Sequence record: SRR22947725_1700
Length of the DNA stretch: 38,054 nucleotides
Reading direction: 5' to 3' (one strand)
Numbering within the stretch: position 1 is the stretch's first letter; every line of letters starts with the position of its first letter. A program made the translations under genes and the position numbers. Below, one piece after another: positions 8,484 through 16,916 of this stretch. The notes beneath the pieces were generated by a model. It saw only the letters and a program-made list of their open reading frames with translations, searched no databases and was not told the origin of the DNA.

Positions 8484-9485
8484 CTAAAGCTTTATGGGCC
8501 TGCCTTCTTTGAACGATTGTTCCGCCTTGTCGCACAGGATATGGCTCATGATCACATCAGATTCACCAATGGGTAAGGGTTTCCCTGTGCGGATGCAATG
8601 ATGAAAAACTTTCAATTCTTCGACGTAGGCCTCTCGGTAACGGGTTGGGAAGGAGTGCTCAATGGGCGGCCTGTTGATACCTGAGTGGTTGGAAAGGACG
8701 GTTGATCTGGGAGATCTATTTTCAGCCTGAATCATCCCTTGACCGCCGAAGGCCTCAATGCGTTGATCATACCCATAGGATGCGAAGCGGTTCACATCAA
8801 TACTTGCCAATAAACCGCTCTCGTATTTAAGCGACACGAGGACGTTGTCGAGGTCTTTCAAATCCCGGATATCGTCCACAAAGTTACTTCCTATCGCATA
8901 CACTTCTATGGGGTTCTCATGCGTGATGAAACGCAACATGTCAAAATCATGAACAATACAATCATGAAAAATGCTGTGGGACGTCCGGATGTAATCCATT
9001 GAGGGAAGAGGGGAATCTCTGGAAGTGAGACGCATTAATTGAGGGGAACCGATGGCGCCAGCCTGAACTTGACTGGCCAAGTCGGCAAAACTCGGGTCAA
9101 ATCTGCGGTTGAACCCAACAAACAGGCCCTTGCCTGCTTTTTGTGATGTGCTGAAGCATTCCCTGATTTCATTCAAACCGTTGCCAAGCGGTTTTTCGGT
9201 GAAAACGGCTTTGCCTGCATTCAATGATGCAATGATCTGTTGATAATGTTCGCCTGTAGGGGTCGCTACAATGACAGCCTCGATGGAGTCATCCTCAAGC
9301 GCTGCATCCATTTGGGTGGAACTCGCGCAATTAAAGTCACTACCAATACACGCAGCTTGTTCTGGATCTACATCCACGACATGTGCAAGTTCAATTTGAG
9401 GTAAAGTCCGAAGGCTTTGTAAGTGGAATTGGCCGGCCCTGCCCAGACCGATGAGGGCGATGCGGAATGGTTTATCTTGATCCAT
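8484..9485 (-). CDS. iolG: Gfo/Idh/MocA oxidoreductase, myo-inositol 2-dehydrogenase-like
   Basis: RIALIGLGRAG Rossmann motif, FTEKP, GFNRRFD, HDFD and YGYDQRIE. The likely start is MDQDKP at 9485, which avoids overlap with the porin gene. The substrate is inferred. Confidence 0.75.
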   Translation of the reverse strand: MDQDKPFRIALIGLGRAGQFHLQSLRTLPQIELAHVVDVDPEQAACIGSDFNCASSTQMDAALEDDSIEAVIVATPTGEHYQQIIASLNAGKAVFTEKPLGNGLNEIRECFSTSQKAGKGLFVGFNRRFDPSFADLASQVQAGAIGSPQLMRLTSRDSPLPSMDYIRTSHSIFHDCIVHDFDMLRFITHENPIEVYAIGSNFVDDIRDLKDLDNVLVSLKYESGLLASIDVNRFASYGYDQRIEAFGGQGMIQAENRSPRSTVLSNHSGINRPPIEHSFPTRYREAYVEELKVFHHCIRTGKPLPIGESDVIMSHILCDKAEQSFKEGRPIKL

Positions 9486-9507
9486 TGATTTGTTTGATCT
9501 GATTAAA

Positions 9508-11910
9508 TTATTGAAAAACTTTTGTCCAGGTGATGAAAATACCGTGAGCATCATAATCGAGATAACCATTACTTAAGTCATCTCGGTATCGGTAGTAGGC
9601 ATATTGAACTCCGAGTGTATCACGTTCCGAAAGCTGCTTGTGCACTTCAAACTGCCAGGCATGCTGACTGAATTCCGATCCCATGGGCAATCCCAAGGGC
9701 AAGGATTGCCCATAGTCAGCATGGCTGAATGTATAGTTGGCCATCAATCGGGTTGATTCATCATATAAAAATGTCCATGAGGAAAACAACGTGTAGAGAT
9801 CACCTGCGTAAGGTGCGATGGTATCGTTGTCATTGATGCCGGAAACAATCCGCGAGTCGGTGTAACTTGCCGATCCCATCCAGAACCACCTGACAGCAGG
9901 AGTCAGTGTAGTGGTGAAACGATAGGTGTGACTATCAAAATCACCTGCCAGCAGACTGCCAGCAGGGTAAGTCACGCCATTCAGATTCAAGGTCCCAATC
10001 GTGGTTCTGTAATCGGATTGTTCGCCTTCATAGGCAAGGGACGTTTTTAGCCAGCGAGCGGGTTTCCATGTCGTCTTCAGTCCCCAGTTCTGACCTTCCG
10101 TTTCGCGCTCAAGTATAGCTGCCGGATACCCGTTTCCGGGCTGTGGTCCACGATCTGTATCCAGCAGGTTGTTAAAATCGTGATGACGTCGCCTGTATCC
10201 ATAGGTAGGGTTGAAACTCCATTGGTTCAAGGGCGAAAAAGTAGTTCCTAACTCCACGTTTGCGTGCCGCCCCTTGGCATCCGTGTCTCGCATGAAATCC
10301 TCGCGAGAATCAAAGCTGTCATCCAGCAGCGAGTTCTCCGTCTGGCCAATGGATTCCTGCTGAATCCTGACGTCTGTGTAGAGAATCGTATTTGCGATGC
10401 CTGTGTGCCGTAATCCAAAGTTTTCTTCGATTTGAAAACGGTCAACATTGCTGCCCAAGGTGGTGGGAGTGCCAAAGAAGGTCGTGTCACCGGTTCCTTT
10501 GCGCCGAGTCCATTCGGTTTGAATGCCTGCATAACCAGTTGTATGATGCGACGGTTCCAGAAGACTGTTGAGATTCATGATGTGGGATTCACTGCTCAAC
10601 TGGATCCCTCTTGTCGAGAAGGGCATGCCTGCTCCTGCCGGATTGCTGGGATCGAAGTTTCCCAGAGCAAGATTGGCATCTCCGTCAAGATGTGAGTAAT
10701 AGTAGCCACCGCTTGCCAGCCACCATGGTTTGAGTTTTTTTTCCACTGTGAGTGCATTGGAACCCTGAAAATGGTCGTAGTCATCTTCCTGTGTCGACAC
10801 AAAGCCGGGAAGCAGGTCCCCGTCGCTGATGAAATCTCCCGTTTCAAGTGTGTGGGTTTGGCTGTAGAATTCACCACGAAAATCATCCTGGATGCGGAAT
10901 CCGTTCCATTCATGCTCCAGCCCAAGCGTGATGATATGTGTTTCCTGATCGATACGTTTCCAGGCTGGGAAGATACTTCGACCGTTAAAGGCTGCATCAA
11001 AGGCAGGTCCCCATTGCAGCATGGATTTGCTGCCGTTGCGTGATCTGTATTCGTAACCAACAGTCAAGCTGGGCAAATCAGGTCGATTTAATCCGAATTC
11101 AAACCAAACATTGGAAAGATCCAGATGAAGATCACGATTCAACGCATATGGACCGAGGTTGAAACTGGGAGAATAACCACCGTGAGGGTCGTCGTATGTT
11201 CTGGCTTGATCCAGTCCAAAACGGAAAAACCCAAGATCTCGCTTTTGAATTTCGGCTTCGACGTTGTATCTGTCATTGGGGGCCGTTATTCTGCCATCAC
11301 CTGAAAAGGAAGTACCACCTTCGAGCGTTTGTTTCCATTCGAAATTCTGAATTCCGCCATTGACTCCATCGCGCATCCAGTAGTGCTCGCGAAAGGCATT
11401 TTTGTTGCCGTCGACTGCAATGAACCGTAATTGAGGTGCTACCTTGAAATAAAATGATTCCTCTGAGATATCTTCAAAAGGCAATCCCTGATCGATCCAC
11501 GCCCTTAATAACCCTATTTCTTCGTTAGTGAGTTTATCTCCTTTGCCAATGGGAGGCATTTCGTAGTCTTCCTCCAGATGAGCCACAAATTGAATCAATG
11601 TGCTTTCAGCGCTATTGCCGATTTCAATGTTGGATCCATAGTCGCCCTCTTTGAGTGCCTCTGCACGACTTGTCAGACGATAATCTCCCTCGATGTTTTC
11701 CTGGCCGTGACATTGAAAGCACGATTCCCTGAGGATAGGCAGGATATCCGCATTAAAGTCAACGTTCCTTGCAGTTGGTGGAGGGAGTGGATCGTTTTGG
11801 CCGAGTAATATAACGAAACTCTTTGCCATAGCCACCAGCAAAAAAAAACGAATGCAGGTTCCTGCAATGTAATGGAGGGATTTCTTTGGAGTGATAGCAG
11901 TCATACGCAT
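9508..11910 (-). CDS. MtrB/PioB-like outer-membrane beta-barrel with a fused N-terminal PSCyt1 monoheme cytochrome c domain
   Basis: A signal-like leader is followed by VDFNADILPIL..CFQCH...EMPP...LLRAWIDQG (PSCyt1), then DGNKNAFREHYW.RDG resembling the MtrB/PioB N-terminus. About 650 aa of alternating aromatic beta-strands end in HGIFITWTKVFQ. The gene lies directly downstream of a multiheme cytochrome. Start is 11910 or 11904. Confidence 0.75.
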   Translation of the reverse strand: MRMTAITPKKSLHYIAGTCIRFFLLVAMAKSFVILLGQNDPLPPPTARNVDFNADILPILRESCFQCHGQENIEGDYRLTSRAEALKEGDYGSNIEIGNSAESTLIQFVAHLEEDYEMPPIGKGDKLTNEEIGLLRAWIDQGLPFEDISEESFYFKVAPQLRFIAVDGNKNAFREHYWMRDGVNGGIQNFEWKQTLEGGTSFSGDGRITAPNDRYNVEAEIQKRDLGFFRFGLDQARTYDDPHGGYSPSFNLGPYALNRDLHLDLSNVWFEFGLNRPDLPSLTVGYEYRSRNGSKSMLQWGPAFDAAFNGRSIFPAWKRIDQETHIITLGLEHEWNGFRIQDDFRGEFYSQTHTLETGDFISDGDLLPGFVSTQEDDYDHFQGSNALTVEKKLKPWWLASGGYYYSHLDGDANLALGNFDPSNPAGAGMPFSTRGIQLSSESHIMNLNSLLEPSHHTTGYAGIQTEWTRRKGTGDTTFFGTPTTLGSNVDRFQIEENFGLRHTGIANTILYTDVRIQQESIGQTENSLLDDSFDSREDFMRDTDAKGRHANVELGTTFSPLNQWSFNPTYGYRRRHHDFNNLLDTDRGPQPGNGYPAAILERETEGQNWGLKTTWKPARWLKTSLAYEGEQSDYRTTIGTLNLNGVTYPAGSLLAGDFDSHTYRFTTTLTPAVRWFWMGSASYTDSRIVSGINDNDTIAPYAGDLYTLFSSWTFLYDESTRLMANYTFSHADYGQSLPLGLPMGSEFSQHAWQFEVHKQLSERDTLGVQYAYYRYRDDLSNGYLDYDAHGIFITWTKVFQ

Positions 11911-11921
11911 TCTTATCTTGA

Positions 11922-12722
11922 TTAGAATCGCATTTTGGGATCCACCATGGAGCCGTGGACTTGCGTGTGACAGCCCGCAGTCCAACAACTGCCAGCCTGC
12001 ATACTGAAACTATGGGGTGCTTTCCCTATGAAAATGTCTCCTGATCCCGGGAATTGAATTTGAGAATGACATTTGAGACAGAGATTCGAATCGCGTTGGA
12101 TCAGCATTTTGGAATTCACAGAGCCGTGTGGGTCATGGCATTCGGTACAACCTTCCCTCATGGCCTCATGCTCGAACACAAATGTGCGGGCCTGTTCTTG
12201 ATGACACTCTGCGCAGGATTGATTCAATCGGGCAAACGCAAGCCCTCCCGATGGCTTGCTCATGTCGCGACCATGTGGATCATGGCAGTCCACACAGTTC
12301 ATTAAGTCTTCGAGTACGGGGTGGTGGTTGGGGAGACTGAACTTGGCGTGGATTTCCTGATGACATTCCATGCAAGAGGCTGAGTCATCCCCGGGATTGT
12401 GAATAAAGATCCCTTTCCCTCCACCTGCCTTGATGTGAAGGCTTCCGGGGCCATGACACGATTCACAACCGGATGAACCGATAGATCCTTGATCATCCAT
12501 ATGAAATCTGGCATGCGGACTGGAGGGGAAAACATCGACTATCGTAGTATGACAATCAGAGCACGCATCGTTTCCAGCAAAGCTTGCCCCTTCAATTTCA
12601 GGGGGACGAACAATGGCGACTTTGGTGGTGGTGCCACAAGAAGTGCTTCCCAGACTAATCCAAAAAGCGGCGACTACAGTGATGAGTCCTCCGCATATAG
12701 AGTGCAATTTCTTTTGGCTCAT
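11922..12722 (-). CDS. MtrA/DmsE-like multiheme cytochrome c (7 CxxCH + 1 CX4CH), possible lipoprotein
   Basis: Heme motifs CSDCH, CESCHGPGS, CMECH, CVDCHDPHG, CAECH, CTECHDPHGS, CLKCH and CWTAGCHTQVHGS. It also has DmsE-type linkers (PNHHPV, FVFEH) and a hydrophobic leader ending STSC. Confidence 0.88.
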   Translation of the reverse strand: MSQKKLHSICGGLITVVAAFWISLGSTSCGTTTKVAIVRPPEIEGASFAGNDACSDCHTTIVDVFPSSPHARFHMDDQGSIGSSGCESCHGPGSLHIKAGGGKGIFIHNPGDDSASCMECHQEIHAKFSLPNHHPVLEDLMNCVDCHDPHGRDMSKPSGGLAFARLNQSCAECHQEQARTFVFEHEAMREGCTECHDPHGSVNSKMLIQRDSNLCLKCHSQIQFPGSGDIFIGKAPHSFSMQAGSCWTAGCHTQVHGSMVDPKMRF

Positions 12723-12819
12723 GAGTTAGATTCAGAACGAACGTTACGCAACCTACTTATCCTGCATGTATTCTGCAACCATTTAGCAGCCTGGCTGATG
12801 ATGTGTCAGTAAAGAAAGC

Positions 12820-14301
12820 TTAGTCCTTTTTCCTGAAGAGTCGGCTCAGCGTGGGAAGCATAAATATCACCAAGAGGACAGTAACCATGGTAAGACAAAA
12901 AGGACGGGTCAGAAAGGGCATCCAGTCACCCTCAGTTTTGATCAAGCCCGTTCGGAGGTTTTTTTCCACCATAGGCCCAAGGATGAGTCCCAGAATGAGC
13001 GGAGCCAAGGGGATCGCCAGAAGCTCGAGTCCAAATCCGATCAACCCGAACAGAGCCATGACATACACATCAAACATGCTGTTTTGGAGTGAGTAGGCAC
13101 CCACTACTGAAAACACCACGACAGCGGTGAGTACCCAGTGCCGAGGGAGTTGAAGGAGTTTGTCGAATGTTTTGATTCCGATCCAACCAGCTGGGAGCAA
13201 TAAGATTTGCGTGATAAAGGCGATTGCAAAAATTGACTGAACCTGTGATCCACTTTGTTCAAAGATCATGGGGCCGGGTTTGATGTCGTAAACCATCAAC
13301 GCTCCCAGCACGATGGCTGTCACGGCATCTCCTGGAATGCCGAAGACCAGTGCAGGGATCCATGCACCGCCAACCGCCGCGTTATTGGCACTTGTCGGCG
13401 CAATCACGCCTTCATCGCTTCCTGTACCGAACTCTTCTGGAGATTTGGAAGTTTTTTGAGCAAGTCCATAAGCTCCCCATGCGGCAATATCCGCGCCGGC
13501 TCCAGGGAGGGCCCCGATCACCGTTCCCACCAAAGCGGATTGCCCGATCAATCGTTTTCTCCCCGTCAGATTTTTCAATATACTTTTGAATGGTATTCTG
13601 GCGCTCTTTGTGGATTTCAAATGATCTTGGCTGGACTTTGAGATGGATGGTTGCCACAGATTTCGAAGCACTTCAGATAAACCGAATAATCCGATCATGA
13701 CGGGGATGAACTGGACTCCATCCATGAGTTCATTTTTACCATATGTGAATCGTTGTGCTCCGCTGACAATGTCAAGTCCAACAGTGGAGATGAGCATTCC
13801 CAAACTTGCCGCCAGGATGCCATTGAGTGTGTTTCCTGCGCTGACCAAGGCACTCAGGCTGAGACCGAATATGGCAAGCCAGAAGTATTCAAAAGAACTG
13901 AACTTCAAAGCGAACTTGGCTAATTGTGGTGCAAGAAATATCATCAGAAGTACTCCGATCATACCGCCCATGCAACTGCAGCAAAGATTCAAGTAAAGTG
14001 CTTGCATGCCTTTGCCCTTGCGTGCCATCTGATGTCCGTCCAGTGTGGCTGCCGCAGATGCCGGGGTTCCTGGGATCCTCAGGTAAGTAGCGGGGATATC
14101 ACCGGCGAAAATAGCGGTAAAACTGACTCCAATGATCATCGCTAAACCCGCATCGGCAGGCAGGTAGTAGCTCAAAGGAATGATCAGGGCCACGGCCATG
14201 GTTGCCGTCAGGCCCGGAGTGGCACCGACAAAAATGCCAAATACCATTCCCAGTAGCCAGGGAATCAATGTGCCTGGCTGAAATAGCTCGATCCAGTTCA
14301 T
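12820..14301 (-). CDS. tctA: Tripartite tricarboxylate transporter large permease subunit
   Basis: Highly hydrophobic, with VGATPGL, IPGTPASAAATLDGH, GALPGAG, SANNA and GIPGD motifs of TctA. Confidence 0.9.
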   Translation of the reverse strand: MNWIELFQPGTLIPWLLGMVFGIFVGATPGLTATMAVALIIPLSYYLPADAGLAMIIGVSFTAIFAGDIPATYLRIPGTPASAAATLDGHQMARKGKGMQALYLNLCCSCMGGMIGVLLMIFLAPQLAKFALKFSSFEYFWLAIFGLSLSALVSAGNTLNGILAASLGMLISTVGLDIVSGAQRFTYGKNELMDGVQFIPVMIGLFGLSEVLRNLWQPSISKSSQDHLKSTKSARIPFKSILKNLTGRKRLIGQSALVGTVIGALPGAGADIAAWGAYGLAQKTSKSPEEFGTGSDEGVIAPTSANNAAVGGAWIPALVFGIPGDAVTAIVLGALMVYDIKPGPMIFEQSGSQVQSIFAIAFITQILLLPAGWIGIKTFDKLLQLPRHWVLTAVVVFSVVGAYSLQNSMFDVYVMALFGLIGFGLELLAIPLAPLILGLILGPMVEKNLRTGLIKTEGDWMPFLTRPFCLTMVTVLLVIFMLPTLSRLFRKKD

Positions 14302-14320
14302 CCTATGCTTGAGTTCATCC

Positions 14321-15274
14321 TCATTGAACCATGCTCAGAGCTTTGCGCAGGGACTGGGCGATGAAGCCAATGCCCTGTGAGCGAGGCATGTCCCTGAAGC
14401 GTTGGTTGAATGGTTCTGCCATCACTGGACCGCGAATCCCTTGTTGAGCTAATCCGTTCAGGAAACCTGCTGTGTCTATGACCCCAGTGGAGCAGGGTAA
14501 TTCACGACGGTTGTCTTGCAGGAACGAGCGTTTGATTCCTGGCTGAGCGTCATTGAGTTCTATGCTCACTACATGTTTGGGTTTGAGTAATTTGAGGTCC
14601 TCGAGGTTATCTTGAGCGTTGTGCCAATGCCAGCAATCCATTACCAGACCCACTGAGTCCAGTCCAATGGATTCAATGAGCTCCAAGCCTTCGCGTAAAG
14701 TGTGGATAAATGGGAATTTACGGCGATTGCGCAACGACTCGGTTCCAACATACTCCATTCCAAACCGCAAACCGTGATCTGCAAGTATCTTGGAAATTTG
14801 TTTCAAGCGCATGCTGTGCTGCTTGAAGTTTTCCTTGTAAGTCAATGTGCTATGGTTGGGCATGATGTGAGTGATGGCACTTGCAACGCCCGCCTTTTTC
14901 AGGGATTTTGCGACGGAGGGAAGACTTCGAATGTCATCCTGAAATCGACTTTCGTCTTTTCTGAATTCTACGGGCATGCTGGCCGTGCCCCATTTTAAAT
15001 CAGCTTCCATCAATTGCTTCGCGTAGCTTTCATGGTCCGCATCGTTCCATTTCTGGATTTCCTCAGTGTGAGCACCCACCGATTGAAAACCAAATTGCCT
15101 GGCCCATGAAATAGCCTCATTTTGATTGCCATGAATGCCCAGTTTCCAAACAGTGAGATCCAGGGTGAAGGCATCAGAAGCAGCCGCAGCGGCTGCCTCT
15201 TGATTGAATATTGAAGTGGCTGCAACGGCACCTGTTATTAAACCAGAGCGCCGCATCCATTCTCGACGGTTCAT
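14321..15274 (-). CDS. Tat-exported sugar-phosphate isomerase/epimerase (xylose isomerase-like TIM barrel)
   Basis: MNRREWMRRSG twin-arginine leader, then GMEY, VMDCWHW, ELND and MAEPF metal-site motifs. An alternative start lies at 15328. Confidence 0.8.
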   Translation of the reverse strand: MNRREWMRRSGLITGAVAATSIFNQEAAAAAASDAFTLDLTVWKLGIHGNQNEAISWARQFGFQSVGAHTEEIQKWNDADHESYAKQLMEADLKWGTASMPVEFRKDESRFQDDIRSLPSVAKSLKKAGVASAITHIMPNHSTLTYKENFKQHSMRLKQISKILADHGLRFGMEYVGTESLRNRRKFPFIHTLREGLELIESIGLDSVGLVMDCWHWHNAQDNLEDLKLLKPKHVVSIELNDAQPGIKRSFLQDNRRELPCSTGVIDTAGFLNGLAQQGIRGPVMAEPFNQRFRDMPRSQGIGFIAQSLRKALSMVQ

Positions 15275-15441
15275 GCTGAAAACGGATTCTGGCTTATCCG
15301 AGTTTGGTCTGGGAGTGGTTGTTTGCATGCCTCCCTGATACTGGAAGCCGGGATTCAGGTCAATGTCAGGTTGGGCAGCATCTATGCATTTGGATCCATT
15401 CCTTGATGCGTCGTGAGTCAATCTTCCATGGGCATGCAAGG

Positions 15442-15471
15442 AAAAAACCCGCTACTAACGTAACGGGTTTT
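15442..15471 (-). terminator. Intrinsic terminator downstream of the DUF1080 gene
   Basis: The minus strand reads AAAACCCGTTAC-GTTA-GTAGCGGG-TTTTTT: a stem with one G-U pair, a 4-nt loop and a U6 tail, 27 bp after the stop codon. Confidence 0.75.
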
Positions 15472-15498
15472 ACTTGTTCAATGAGTGTCTGCTTTCAT

Positions 15499-16809
15499 TC
15501 AACGCAGTGCTTTGATACGTATATTTTTGAAAGCGACCGGATCGCCGTGACCCGCAAATCCAAAATAACCCTCATACCGGTTCATGCCCGGATGAGAGGA
15601 GCCCCCCATGAAATCCTTCACTTCCCTGAGGTCGTCATCAAGAATGGTTGTGCCATTCAATACAACTTTAATCCTGGAGCCCTTGACTGTTACTTCCTGC
15701 TCATTCCATTGACCCACAGGTTTTAATGCACCTCTTTTGGCTGCGACCATGCCGTAAGCTGATCCGTGGTATTGACGTTTATCCAGCTTGGCATACTTAT
15801 CCGCAGTGTTATCGAGCACCTGGAGTTCGCACATGCCGTTGTAGGCGGTGTTACCCTGTCCCGGATATCGAATTGCCAGTCCATTGTTGCCGCCTGGAGG
15901 CAGTTTGAATTCGAGGCGAGCGACGAAATCAGTAAGGTTTTGATGATGGTAGATCGTTCCGCCGTTATTGGGTTTACAGACGATAGCGCCGTCTTTTACC
16001 TGGTAATTGTCAACGGGTCCATTCCATCCATCTAAATTTTTACCATTGAAAATGGGCTTGAACCCTGGCTCGGCGAGCATTTGCTCCACTTCGTTGTCTG
16101 GAATTTCTCGAACGAAGATGTTTCGCCAACGGATTTCTCCACCATGTGTTTGAAGTTGAACGGGTCCCTTATCCCAAAGTGGCTTGGATCGGTCCCAGAA
16201 GTTTTCCATTTTGGCGTGCTCCACGACTAATTGATCATTCAGGTAAATGGTGGTGTAATCCTTGACCTGGATAATGCGAAAGGAGTTCCACTCTCCAAAA
16301 GGACGGTCAGCCAATACCATGGGGTTTTTCCCTGGCGCTCCGGCACTGTTGTTCCACAAGCCACCTGATCCCTTGTCTGCATCGATGTTCCATTTTCCAC
16401 CTTCTTTGGTGTAATCCCAGATTTGAACTTGCGGGTTCCCTCGCAGGTAAATGCCGCTATCGGCTTTGGCGACGGTCTTGTAATCAATCAGGAATTCCAT
16501 GTTGCCATAATCCTGATCAGTTGTCAGATAAACGCCGTGGCCATCATTCACCAGTTCCCCGTTGTCAACAGTCCAGTGCTTTTTGACATCTTCCAGATCT
16601 TTATCCCTCTTGGTTTTGCGCTCTTCATCGGACATCGCCCAAAGCTTGCGGGGATCAAAATGACCCATTCCATGCCAGCCCGAAAGGTCTTTGCCATTGA
16701 ACAACGCAGTGAATCCTGTAGGCGGTTGATTGAGTTCTCCAGCCTGCACTGCATTCAAGCTGCCCAAACCGACCGCGCATGCAGTTAATAAGATAGTTTT
16801 GATTTTCAT
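15499..16809 (-). CDS. Exported tandem DUF1080 protein (3-keto-glycoside hydratase/lyase-like)
   Basis: Signal peptide MKIKTILL..AVQA, then two repeats each starting (L/I)FNGK(D/N)L.GW, with DSGIYLR/NNGLAIR, GEWN/GQWN and LQTHG/FAGHG motifs. Confidence 0.9.
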   Translation of the reverse strand: MKIKTILLTACAVGLGSLNAVQAGELNQPPTGFTALFNGKDLSGWHGMGHFDPRKLWAMSDEERKTKRDKDLEDVKKHWTVDNGELVNDGHGVYLTTDQDYGNMEFLIDYKTVAKADSGIYLRGNPQVQIWDYTKEGGKWNIDADKGSGGLWNNSAGAPGKNPMVLADRPFGEWNSFRIIQVKDYTTIYLNDQLVVEHAKMENFWDRSKPLWDKGPVQLQTHGGEIRWRNIFVREIPDNEVEQMLAEPGFKPIFNGKNLDGWNGPVDNYQVKDGAIVCKPNNGGTIYHHQNLTDFVARLEFKLPPGGNNGLAIRYPGQGNTAYNGMCELQVLDNTADKYAKLDKRQYHGSAYGMVAAKRGALKPVGQWNEQEVTVKGSRIKVVLNGTTILDDDLREVKDFMGGSSHPGMNRYEGYFGFAGHGDPVAFKNIRIKALR

Positions 16810-16916
16810 GGTATTGATTTGATCACAAAGGTTGCCTTCTGTGCTCATTGATGTGGTCCAATTGTCCAAGAAAGATGATGAAAAGCCAGCGTAAAATCAG
16901 TTGCGATGAGTTGTTT

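Noticed and set aside
9508-11910. Calling the cytochrome-porin fusion Cyc2
   Set aside because: Cyc2 has a very short heme segment near the N-terminus and a smaller barrel. This protein has a full PSCyt1 domain, a much longer barrel and an MtrA-like neighbour.
12795-12809. CTGA-N7-TCAG inverted repeat upstream of the multiheme cytochrome as an FNR box
   Set aside because: Spacing and half-sites do not match TTGAT-N4-ATCAA, and the repeat is too short to support alone.
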